From assembly GCA_965153355.1 (NCBI GenBank), contig OZ231126.1, positions 34,844,001 through 34,908,000 of the forward strand: a stretch of DNA of 64,000 nt. The letters are read 5' to 3'. The notes under the pieces are model-generated. The model was not told the DNA's origin. It saw nothing but the letters and a program-made list of their open reading frames with translations, and searched no databases. Positions 52,085-64,000 of this stretch are shown here, piece by piece. Both the position numbers and the translations under genes were made by a program. The DNA comes from Flaccisagitta enflata (taxonomy: Eukaryota). Positions within the stretch are counted from its first letter, which is position 1, and the number at the start of each line of letters is the position of its first letter.

Positions 52085-52419
52085 CGACGGACGGTCGGTC
52101 GGACGGACGGACGGTCGGACCAAGCGGGGTGTAGAGTCGCGTGCACGCGACTAAAAAGAAAAAAACTAAAAAAGTGTATTCTATGACAAGTGGAACAATG
52201 CCCCTCGCTATATACAGACTGAAAAATATGTCAGACGGTCTTGAGAGTCCTTACTGACCAGTTACTACGCGCATCACTCCTAGTTTTCTATTAAGCATAA
52301 CTTACTTAGCAAACATCCATTCTGAGTCTAACCCAAAACACTAATGCTTAATTTGTTTACCAAACTGGTTAAGGGCAAATGATGTTATTTTCACGTACTG
52401 TAAATATAACTTTTTACAG

Positions 52420-52517
52420 GCGTGGATCCTATTGCGAGAAGACGATTGTGGGAGGCGCTTTTAGATGTAAAAGCTGCAGGGGATCAAAGCATCATCCTCA
52501 CTTCTCATTTCATGGAG
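52420..52517 (+). CDS. ABCA transporter exon 6 (D-loop and H-loop)
   Basis: Acceptor tttttacag, donor GAG|gtttga, phase 1-0. (G)VDPIARRRLWEALLDVKAAGDQSIILTSHFME. The expected next exon (ECEALC-like) was not found before 64000. Confidence 0.95.
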
Positions 52518-52707
52518 GTTTGAATCGATAGTGTGAGTGTTGTTGTTCGTTTTGTATTTGGTCTCTAAAACTCTCGTCATAGTTTTGCTTTCAGAAAAAA
52601 GCTATAATATTAAGGGTTAACTGACAATGAATAATTTAAGGATCCTATAACATGTCTTCATCCCGACGTTAACCTAATCCCGCTTTCAAATCAGGGGAGG
52701 TGCCAGC

Positions 52708-55700
52708 CACTGCTCTGTATCTCCACCGTGTACTTCAAACTAGGAGAACTGCCACTTTTATGACGGTTTCTGGTGGTCCAGCCTATGTATAATCCATGGC
52801 AAATGAGTGCAAAAAAATTCCCAGAGCGCTTTTTGAAATATTCACATTTTTTACCTTCATGAAGTACAGGTCATTGAATTTTCCCATTTTTTGGACAATC
52901 AATCTTGTTTTGCTTGTAACTTTTAAACGAATTGAGCTAAAAATGCCAGATTGGTCCCATTTTAAAGATCTCTTCAAGATCTTTCCAACTGTCACCAATT
53001 TTTTGTAAATCCGTCCAAAAATAACTGAGATATAACCTGTCAAACTTGAGCAATTTCATGGGGATTTTGTACAACTTTCCAGGTTATGGAATTTTCCCTA
53101 TTTTTGGAACAATTTACTTGCTTTGCTTGTAACTTTTAAACGAATCAAGCTAGAAATGCCAAATTGGTCCCATTTTAAAGAATTTTTGAAGTTCTTTCAA
53201 ACCGTCACATATTTTTTGTGAATCTATTAAAAAATGGCTGAGTTATAACTTGTCAAACACAAACAATTTCATGGTGATCTGGAGCGATTTTCCCACCACC
53301 TTTTTTTGCAGTCTGATTTTGACTTTAGTTAACTCCTTGGCTCCTCACATCTGTATAGGGGACTGGGCCTCGAGGTTGGGGTTTGGGCACAGAGGCTGGG
53401 ATTTGAGCCTAGGGGCTGGGGTTTTGGCATAAAGATGGGTTTGGGCCTCAAGGCTGGGGTTTGGGCTTCAAGGCTGGGGTTTGGGCTTCAAGGCTGGGGT
53501 TTGGGCTTCAAGGCTGGGGTTTGGGCTTCGAGGCTGGGGTTTGGGCTTCGAGGCTGACATTTGGGCCTCGAGGCTGATATTTGGGCCTCGAGGCTGAGAT
53601 TTGGGCCTCGAGGCTGAGATTTGGGCCTCGAGGCTGAGATTAGAGCCTGAAGACTGGGATTTCAGCTCTAAGGCTAGGATTTGGGGGTGGACGTACAGAG
53701 GAGAAGGAGAAGAAAATTCCCTATATGTGTAAAAGCATAGGTCATCGACCCCGCCGGGGCCGCTTCCCAAAAGCTGAAAGAGTTTAATTGTTCAATTTTT
53801 CATGGAGTTTTGAAAGGAAAGTTGTGCCAATCTAGGGATCTGGGAATATCCTGAAGTCGAAGATAGTACCTTTCCTTTACGGGCAATGGTCAATGGGACT
53901 AATGACCATCATGCGCTGGGCGTGTGTGCTCATTCTTTTTGGGCAGCCTGTAAAACACTGGACCTTTGTTTTTGGGCAGTGGCCCAGAAGGAGATAAAAT
54001 CTTGTAGAAAATAGGGGAGCTTTCTGTCCATTGGTTCCACCCAGGATGGCCGAAACAGGGGCACACATGGCATTGTGCCTTTGAACTAAGCTTAAAAGTT
54101 GGAGGTATAGATTTAATTAAGAACAGGCCGCTCAAGTGTCGGTACCTGATGCCCCACTGACTTTATCTGCTTTTGATGTGTTGAGGTTATGGGGCAGCAG
54201 CCCTGGGGAGGCAGATGACCTACAATTCCACACAGGGCAATTTTTCTGATCATGTCTTAACAGGCCTGAGTATCTGAGGTCTGAGAATCTTGATTTAGGG
54301 TTTGGTAGGCTTGAACAAGTTATCCAAGGATTGCACATGGTCAGCGGTACTCGATGCCCTGCTCGGAGTGATCAGCTGAAGAAGTAGAGTGAGAGCAGGG
54401 CAGCGGCCCCAAAGGGCCGATGTCCTGTAGGACACAGCGGTGAATTTCCTTACGTCCTGAGAAGGCATATTTCAGGCCTTTGGGGCAATTTTCCATGATA
54501 TTCAATGGGAGTTCTATATTTTTTAGAATTTCCTGTTAATTTTCTTTTTTATTCAATGAGAAATTCATTTTTTATCAATTTTCCATGTAATCCAATTGCA
54601 ATTTTGCAATTTTTTTCATTTTTTATTAAATCTCCATGTTATTGGATGGGATATATGCATTATTCTATTTTTTGTAATCTTCCCATGTTATTCAATGGGA
54701 AGGTTGTATTTTGTCGTTTACCCATGTTATTCAATGGGAAGTTTGCATTTTTTTATTTTCCCATGTTATTCAATGGGAAGTTTGCATTTTGTCATTTTCC
54801 CATGTTATTCAATGGGAATTTGAGAACTCAGAAGCTTCAGGGGGGGACGTACGGACGGATGTAAGGAAATTCACCCCTGTGTCCTACAGGACATCGGCCC
54901 TTTGGGGCCGCTGCCCAAAAAGAAGGCGTGCCTTGGTAACTGATTGAGGGTCTGGGAGACTTGATTTGAGGTCTGAGAGGCCTGATTTAGGATCTAAGAT
55001 GCCTGATTTGGTGTCTAGGAGGCCTGATTTAGGATCTGAGAGGCCTGATTTAAGGTCTGAGAGGCCTGAAATAAGGCCTGATTTGGGATCTAGGAGGCTC
55101 AATCTGAGGTCAAATAGCAGCCCAAAGGCAGTAAGTGGTCAGCGGTACCCGTGCCCTGCTTGAGTAGTGTGTGATTTAAGTTGAGGGGGAGCAGGGCAGC
55201 GGCCACAAAGTCCTGTAGAACACAGGAGGAATCTGTCTGTCCGTCTGTCTGTCCGTCACCCCCTGCCCCATCCTCAGGGCTTCGTCTCCTTTGGGGCCTA
55301 TTCTAACCCAAATTCTGCTAAATGGCCCAAATCCAAGCACTATGGCCCAAATCTAAGCAAAATGGCCCTAATCCAAACAAAATAGCCTAAATCTAAGCAA
55401 AATGATTTTGCTTGAATTTGGGCCATTTTGCTTAGACTTGGGCCATTTTGCTTAGATTTGGGCCATATTGGATAGATTTGGGCTATTTAGCAGAGGAGAC
55501 GAAGCCCTGAGGATGTGGCAGGGGGGGACGGACAGATGGACGGACGGACAGACAGATTCCCCCTGTGTTCTACAGGACTTCGTCCCCTTCGGGGCCGCTG
55601 CCCAAAAGCTGGAGTTAGGCTCAGAGAGGCCTGATATGGATCTGGGAGGCCTGATTTAGGATCTGAGAGGCCTGATTTGGGATCTGAGAGGCCTGATTTG

Positions 55701-57110
55701 GGGCCTGGGAGGCCTGATTTGAGATCTGGGAGTCCTGATTTGCGGTCCGGGAGGCCTAATTTAAGGTCTTGGATGGCCTTGTTTGGGGTCTGGGAGGCTT
55801 GTAATGGGATCTGGGAGGCTTGTAATGGGATCTGGGAGGCCTGATTTTGGATCTTAGAGGATGGATTTACAGCAGGGGGGGGGACACCAGACTGGAAAAA
55901 TCGCCCTGCCCTCATAGGTCATCTGCCCCTCCAGGGCTGCTGCTCAAAAAGAATGAAATTGGGGGACAAAACGAGGGCATCCTGGAGAGAAGAAAGGCAG
56001 ATAGAGGGACAGACAGACGGATGGACAGATTCTCCGTGTTCTACAGGACTTGTCTCCTTTTCGGCCACTGACCTGCTCCTCCTCAACCTAAATCACAGAC
56101 CACTCAAGCAGGGCACCCGTACCGCTGACCTCTTACTGCCTCTGGACTTCTATCGCGTCTTAGCCATGATTTTGTGGAAACTAAGAGTATATCAAAAGAA
56201 TAGGAGATTAAACCTCAAACCCCATAAAGCCTATAGATTTTTTTCAGTGTTAATATAATGATATAATGCTTCCTCTCATTTACAAAGATTTTGCTCAAAG
56301 ACCAGATTTCAATCCTGAAACCCATGTCTATAGGCTCATATCCTTACAGTGATGCCATAATCAAGGCCTTTAGTCTTTAAACATGATAAGGGTCACAGAT
56401 CGAAAGGCCAACAGACAGACTGACAGACCGACAGATGGACTGACATACATATAACAGCTCTTATACGGATGTGACGAGCCAAGGAGGTATCTAAAGTCAA
56501 AATCAGACTGCAAAAAAGGTGGTGGGAAGATCGCTCCAGATCACCATGAAATTGCTTGTGTTTGACCAGTCATAACTCAGTCATTTTTTAACTGATTCAC
56601 AAAAGATTTGTGACGGTTTGAAAGAGCTTCAAAAATTCTTTAAAATGGGACCAATCTGGCATTTCTAGCTTGATTCGTTTAAAAGTTACAAGCAAAACAA
56701 GTAAATTGTTCCAATAATGGGGAAAATTCCATAACCTGGAAAATTGTCCAAAATCTCTATGAAATTGCTCATGTTTGACAGGTTATATCTCTGTTATCTT
56801 TGGACGGATTTACAAAAAATTGGTGACAGTTGGAAAGATCTTGAAGAGATCTTTAAAATGGGACCAATCTGGCATATTTAGCTCAATTTGTTTAAAAGTT
56901 ACAAGCAAAACAAGGTTGATTGTCCAAAAAATGGGAAAATTCAATGACCTGTACTTCATGAAGGTAAAAAATGTGAATATTTCAAAAAGCGCTCTAGGAA
57001 TTTTTTTGCACTCATTTGCCATGGAATACACATGGGCTGGACCACCTGAAACCATCATAAAAGTGGCAGTTCTCCTAGTTTGAAGTACACGGTGGAGATA
57101 CAGAGCAGTG
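52708..57110. mobile_element. Foldback TIR element with CAC...GTG ends and 4-bp TSD (Chapaev-like)
   Basis: CACTGCTCTGTATCTCC...GGAGATACAGAGCAGTG, near-identical inverted arms about 52708-53350 and 56470-57110, TSD CAGC. Confidence 0.8.
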
Positions 57111-57601
57111 CAGCCTTTTATCATCTTTACTCAACAGTCACAGCAAGTTAGAAAGCCATATTCACTTAAATTATTGGCTCGTCTCTCTGGAAAAGACTGG
57201 GTCAGGCTACTTAATTGATTCCGTTAAATCGGAAAACAAGCCTGTATGTAATGGTCTTCTGCCTGGCACATCCACGCTCTAGGGAGAAACATAACATTAA
57301 AATTCATTACATAACTATGATTCTTACATTTACAAGTTAAAACTACAAGTATGTAATTCATATGGAGGTAGCGACAATAGATATCAGTAAAGGACTTTTC
57401 CAATCAAACGCCTGAAACCATTGCATTCAGGTTAACAAATTTTGTCAGCCCAGATTGTTCTTTTCAAAACATCAAATCCTAATTGTCATTCCAAGTCATT
57501 GGCAGAGGCATGGATGTAGGACAATGGCCTTCAGGGCCTTCGGACAATGGTCATCTGAAGGTTGAAATGTCGCATAGAGAAGCTGGTTTGACTCACTCGT
57601 C

Positions 57602-58537
57602 TAGGGAACGAGCAACAACTAAAAATTTAAAAGGCTGAATGTGCATCTCGTTTTGAAAAAAACTCGCCCCCTGAAGTGTTGACAGTCATTGAAGGCGCAA
57701 ATCACCACTGATCTAGGTGTTCTTGGTTTTGTTTGACGGAGATTCGATTTCTCTCATCGTCAGCTTTAACTAAACATCATTATTTTCTTTTTAAGGGGCC
57801 CCTAAGGGCCCCCAAGAAAGCCCTTATTGAAAATTTTTTTTTGGAAAAAAAGTGGGGTGCAATCAATAGGAAATTGTTTGATTTGCCTAGATCCAAAATC
57901 TTGTATTTTCACTTTTTTACAAAAAACTTGGAAATTTTTTGTGTCACACGTCAGGGACTTAAAAAAAAAATTACAAAATATTTTTGTAAAATTATGGTTT
58001 TCAAAAGTGGGGTGCAATCAATAGGAAATTGTTTGATATGCCTAGATCCAAAATCTTGTATTTTCACTTCTTTACAAAAAAACTTTGAAAATTTTTGTGT
58101 CGCGCGCCAGGGACTTAAAAAAAAAATCACAAAATATCTTTTTTAAAAATGGTTTTTATAAGTGGGGTGCAATCAATAGGGAATTGTTTGATTTGCCTAG
58201 ATCCAAAATCTTATATTTTCTTTTTTTTTCAAAAAACTTTAAAAATTTTTGTGTTGCGCGTCAGGGACTGTTTAATTCGCCTATAACCAAAATCCTGTAA
58301 CCTTTCTTTTTTCAAAAAATTTTAAAAAATTGATTGGGGACGAGTTCAATTAAAGAACGGAAAAAAAGAATGTCGCTTTTCTCTTTTACTTTTTAAGTAT
58401 GAAAAAGGCCGTAACTTCAAAACTATTGATGCGATTGTCCTGAAATTTAAAATATTAGCTGATGTCATACTTCTCCACATACGAGCCAAAAATCTCGATT
58501 GTGAACCGTCGTAAAGTTGAACACACTTCTTTGCCTA
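57602..58537 (-). mobile_element. hAT-like non-autonomous element, second copy
   Basis: TAGGGAAC...TTGCCTA with perfect 8-bp TSD CACTCGTC (57594-57601, 58538-58545); three ~130-bp internal repeats. Confidence 0.88.
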
Positions 58538-58782
58538 CACTCGTCATTAAAAAAGTATGAAAGTTTGAGATAATGAGGAAGAAAAATCAAGGGCCAAACA
58601 ATTTTTAGTCGCGGACAAGCGACTCTATAAGAGGCTTTGTTCGTCCGTCCGTCGGTTGGTTAGTCCGTGAACATGAGTCGAAAAGTGGAAAAACATGCAT
58701 TTCCGCCCCTGCCCACCCGTCCGCGACTGGTATTGGCCGTGTATCCGGCCTTGTTTTACCTATAGTTCTGATGCATTATCAA

Positions 58783-59223
58783 CAGGCCTGTATAAAATTG
58801 AGTTCCATCCCCCCCCCCTTGGGGAGGAGGGTAAGTCAAAGGGTTTGGAGATGGGGAAGGAAATCAAAGGGAAAAAATGAGAACAAAAGAAAATTTGGGG
58901 AAAATATGACAAATCTTAAAAACTAGTTAGTAAAACACAATAAACCATGACTACACTGTTCTTAGCCGCATGCTACGCGACTCTACACCCCGCTTCGTCA
59001 GTCCGTCCATCAGTCACACTTTACTTTTTTGGGGTTTTAGCGGTCTTTGGCCTCACTGCTCCTGTCCAAATGATGAAGCGACCTCAAATACTGCCCCTGC
59101 CCACTCGCACGCAACTGGAATGGCCGTTTATCTGGCCTTTTATTGGTCTGTGGGGAAGAAAATCATTAAAGAAAATCAAAGGCAGGGGGGGGACCAGAGG
59201 AGACTCAATTTTGTACAACCCTG
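58783..59223. mobile_element. hAT-like MITE (GGGGAAGAAAATCAA family)
   Basis: TIR CAGGSYTGTAYAAAATTGAGT, 8-bp TSD ATTATCAA; related partial copies near 700-1005, 21692-21860, 28930-29070, 60544-61440. Confidence 0.8.
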
Positions 59224-62200
59224 ATTATCAACAGCTCTCAGTAAGGATAAACAAGCCCAAGAGGGCAACAGTCGCGTGCGTCTGGAAATGACAAACAAAA
59301 GAGCAAAAACATGTCATAATGTTAAAAAATGTTAAAAAATGTTAAAAAATGTTAAGAAATGTAAAAAAATGTTAAGAAATGTTAAAAAATGTTAAAAGAT
59401 GTTAAAAAATACTAAAAAATGTTAAAAAAAGTTGAAGGGTAAAAAATGTTAAAGAATGTTAAAAAATGTTAGAAAATGTTAAAAAATGTTAAAAAATGTT
59501 AAAAAATGTTAAGAAATGTTAAAAAATGTTAAAAAATGTTAAAAAATGTTAAAAACAATCAAAATTAAGAAATGTGACCGACGGACGTACGGACCAATGG
59601 ACTGACAGAGCAAGGTGTAGAGTCGCGTGCACGCGACTAAAAATTGTGATTTCCTAACATCCTTTTGAGACTAGACCAATATTGAGGTGAGGAATCCATT
59701 CAAACTGTCAGAAATGACTCAGGTCAATTTTTCAATCCCCATGGCCTAAGGTTCTTAAGTAAAAGACTATAAAAGGTCAAATTTTAAAAATGTGAAATTT
59801 TCATATCTGATTGCAGATTCAGAATCCTTGTTAAGGGCTGTCTGTTAAAAGTGTCTTCTTTTTTTTGAAATTCTAGATCTTGGTCAAAACTGACGTTAAA
59901 GGTTAAAATTGAGTAGTAGTTGCTTTTTTGTTTAAAATTTCGCTAATTATGACCTAAAACGTCCATTTTGACAGTGTTCTGGCCGGAATTTCGAATAAAG
60001 GAAGGCATTTTGAAAGACAGTTTTTTACATGGATTTTGAATCTGCAAGCAGATATAAACATTTTACAATTTGAAAATTCGACCTTGAATGTTTTTTTAGT
60101 CGCGTGCTACGCGACTCTACACCCCACTTTGTCAGTCCGTCAGTCCGTTGGTCCGTCCGTTGGTCCGTCGGTCCGTTGGTCCGTCTGTCCGTCACACTTT
60201 ACTTTTTTGGAGTTTTTATGGTCTTTGGCCTCACTGCTCCTGCCCAAATGATATGGCGACCTTGATTATGGCCCCTGCCCACCTGCACGCCGTGTATCCG
60301 GCCTTGTTACTTAAGAGCCTTAGGCCATGGTGATCGAAGAATGGACCTGAGAACATTATCAACGGTCTAGAGTGGATTCCCCACCATAATATTGGTCTAG
60401 TTTCAAATTGAGAGGAAACCATAATTTTTATAGGTTTCTGAGAGTCGTTACCCTGATTAGCAACGTAATTGCTTTTGACGCTATAAGAATTGGATTTACT
60501 GTCGAACTTGAAATTTAGGCTCTAGGCCCTATGCATTTTCCTCCAGGCCTGTATATTATTGAGTTTTCCTCACCGGGGGGAAAAAATCAAAGGGTCCGGA
60601 GATGGGGAAGGAAATCAAAGGGGAAAAAAGAGAAAAAATAGAAATTAGTCGCAAAAGCTTTACATGGTCAGCGGTACCCATTGCCCCTAAGTTGGTGTAG
60701 GTAAGGATGAGCCGGTGAGAGGGGCAGCGGCCCCGGAGGGTCCAATTACCTATGATTCCACACTGGGCAATTTTCTCCAGAGGCTGTTTTCTGTTTGTTG
60801 ACCAATGGGCCTGATTTGAGGTCTGAGATGCCAGATTTGGGGTCTTAAGGGCCTCATTTGAAGCCAGAGTTGAGAGGAATGATTTGTGCCTGGGTGGAGA
60901 GGACTTGGACAAATGGAGGTTTGAGGCTGATTTTGGGGGATAAGTCTAAGATGTCTGATTATGGGTCTGGGAGGTCAGATTTAAGGAATATGAGGCCGGC
61001 TTTTTGGATGGAGAGGCCAGATTTGGGTCTGAGTCCTAGTCTGTGGTCTGAGAGGTCTAATTTAGGGTCTCATAGGCCCAATTTGAGGTATGAGGCCTGG
61101 AATTTGAGGCCTGGAAAGCTTGAATTTGGGTCTGAGAGCCCTAATTTTGGGTCTGAGAGGCCTGAGAGGCCTAATTTGTGCTTATATAAGCTTGATTTTA
61201 GGCCTGGGAAGCCCGGTTTGAGGTTTCGGGGAGGGGGGGGACAGACAGACGGACACACGGAAACTGGAGAAAATTGCCCTAAGTGGAATCATAGGTCATC
61301 GGCCCCTCCGGGGCCACAGCCCAAAAAGGAAATCTGGGGAAGATACATCTTTTGACAGCACCTAATCAGAAAACACAATTTGTAAAACACAATTTAACAC
61401 TATTCAAACCTTAACTACAATATTTTATTGCTATATGGGGACACGACGGTCTACATACTCCGTATTAATCAGAAGTGAGCGTCCATGGTGCCGGTTGTGC
61501 GAGTGGTGATCTACACAGCTTGTGGAACACAAATCACTCTCTCGTAAGTTTTTTTGAAGGCAAAATTCTTTTTAAACATCACTTTCTATTGAGGAGGCTG
61601 ATGGGAATGATTGTTGTCGTCGACCACTGAGAAAAAAATATAGAATTATCTTCTACAAGAGATATCTTGGCTTCTAGATAAGCTAGAAACTTTTTTTAAA
61701 AAAGCAAATTCATCTACATCTAAAAATCTACAAAGTGAGCGCAATCCGGTTTTTGTAACTTTAATAGTTTAGAAATGACAAGCAAAAGAGCGTAAACAGT
61801 CATTTTCAATATTGGAAAAAAAACTAACGAAGGAAAAAAAGATTTGGGGTACCTTCTGCTTGAGACAGCTCGTCTTTTACAAGCGGAAGAGAGCTTCTAG
61901 TGACGGACTAGCAATCCTGTTTGTCCGTCGGTCCTTCGGTCCTTTGGTCTCTTGGTCTGTCAGTCACGCTCAAATCAGAGAGGGTGAAAACGCGCATTTA
62001 AGGTGCTGCGTGCGTGCGTGTGCGTGTGTGTGTGTCTGTGTGTAGGGAGGGGTGCGCACCCAGCCACCTGTCCAAGTTAATTACTCAATGGCCAAGTCTA
62101 ACAAAAAGACAGACTGACCAATGCACGAGGCTTATGTTGAGTCAGAATATGTTACTTTTGTCTCACCACCATGATAAATAATTATTTTTAAAGATCTCCG

Positions 62201-63480
62201 CAAATTAATCTAGCAGTTTCAAGCTTATTGAAGTGAGAATTCTAAACCCATCGGCGCTGATCATGCTAAAAACTGAAGGAAAACAATACTGACCATTTAT
62301 ATTATTTTTTCTAATTCAATTTGGCGTCATTCTATTGCTGTTTCTTTTAGCAGATCATTGGAGACTTTAGGAGATTTTTCTTTACTATTCATTACTAACA
62401 AGGCCGGATACACAGCTACCCTAGTCGCGTGTGGGTGGGCAGGGGCAGTGAGGGAAAAGGTCACTGGGGCATTTGGGCAGGAGCTGAGAGCTCACAACGC
62501 TCAAAAACCTAATAGTCGCAAAAGCGTTGAATGGTCAGCAGTACCCGTTGCCCCTAAATGAGTGTATGTGGGTGTGATATAGTTTGAGGGGCAGCGGCCC
62601 TGAAGGACGATGACCTATGCTTTGTTTCTGAGATTTGGGCCTCAAGGCTGGGATTTGGGCCTTAAGGCTGGAATTTGGGCCACAGGGCTGAAATCAGGGC
62701 CTCGAGGCTGGGATTTTGAGCTTAAGGCTGGGTTTTAGGCCTCAAGGCTAGGATTGGGCCTCTAGGCGGGGATTTGGGCCTCAAGGCTAGGATTTGGGCC
62801 TCAAGGCTGGGATTTGGGCCTCAAGGCTGGGATTTGGGCCTGGAGTCTAGGACTTGGGCCTGGAGTCTAGGACTTGGGCCTTAAGGCGGGGGTGGGGGGA
62901 CAGATAGACGGAGGAGGAGAAATCTCTGCATATGTGAAAGCATAGGTCATCAGCCCCTTTGGGGCCGCTGCCCAAAAAGGGGACTGACCGAACAAACAAA
63001 CTGATTCTAAGAGAGGATTTCCTTTGATCGTACGTTAAGAGGCGGCATGGTAGAATGCGTTTGGGTGTCTCCCTATCAGCCCCTTAGGGACCTGAGAATA
63101 ATCTTCAGGGTCTATTTAGCTATTTGCATGAGAGATCACCTAGGAGATGGAGAGAAGCACGTTCAGAAATAACGGCAATGGCAGCAATCCTCAGCGCAAG
63201 AAAATGCTAAAGTTTCAGACTAATTTCTCTCTGAGACGTTGTTATTCCAATCTGATAACCTAGCAACTAAATGAATATCTAAAGAGGGGAAAGGAATATA
63301 TAACGATATTGAAAATGACTGGCAACAAAATATATATCATTGGCAAAACAGATCATTTCCGTTTCAATCTATCTACTGGCATGATCAATGATCAACTGAT
63401 ATCACGTAGGAGAGTTCATCAGGGAATCCACGCTTACACAACCGACCAGCAAGGCTTTTAAACCTGCGCCCCAACCAACC

Positions 63481-64000
63481 TAATCTCAGCCTCAGTGACC
63501 TAATCCCAGCCTCAGTGACCTAATCCCAGCCTCAGTGACCTAATCCTAGCCTCAGTGACCTAATCCCAGCCTCAGTGACCTAATCCCAGCCTCAGTGACC
63601 TAATCCCAGTCTGAGTGACCTAATCCCAGCCTCAATGACCTAATCCCAGCCTCAGTGACCTAATCCCAGCCTCAGTGACCTAATCCCAGCCTCAGTGACC
63701 TAATCCCAGCCTCAGTGACCTAATCCCAGCCTTGGTGACCTAATCCCAGCCTCGGTGACCTAATCCCAGCCTCAGTGACCTAATCCCAGCCTCAGTGACC
63801 TAATCCCAGCCTCAGTGACCTAATCCCAGCCTCAGTGACCTAATCCTTGCCTCAGCAAATTTATTCTGTTCTCTGTGACCTAATACCCGCACTTGCAGTC
63901 TAATATCAGCTTCAGGGACCTAATACCATCCTCAGCGAACTTATATTGGCCTTAGCAACCTAGCATCAGCCTCAGCATCTCAATACTGACCTCAGCGACC
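63481..64000 (+). repeat. 20-bp minisatellite (TAATCCCAGCCTCAGTGACC)n
   Basis: About 19 near-identical units at 63481-63860, degenerating to the window end. Confidence 0.95.

Overview
Eukaryotic (animal-like, AT-rich, repeat-saturated) genomic DNA; no prokaryotic operons, RNA genes or CRISPR arrays are visible. Six short + strand exons (11445-11774, 16164-16251, 32509-32616, 47352-47450, 50704-50817, 52420-52517) splice GT-AG into one open frame encoding most of a nucleotide-binding domain of an ABCA-subfamily transporter (Walker A, Q-loop, SGGNKRKLS signature, Walker B, H-loop); the gene runs off both ends of the window. The rest is intron packed with nested non-autonomous transposons: a 6.5 kb antisense gag-only BEL/Pao-type LTR element, many TIR/foldback elements with diagnostic target-site duplications (TA, TTAA, 4, 5 and 8 bp), and two abundant Helentron/DINE-1-like families carrying satellite arrays. 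Highlights: a hAT-like element that inserted into a splice donor, supplies the new donor and leaves a possible recursive AG|GT site; a Transib-like MITE with RSS-like ends; an extra ORF and NF-kB-like repeats in the LTR element; and Helentron-like shells acting as satellite nurseries. Superfamily calls rest on termini and TSDs only, since no intact transposase is present.
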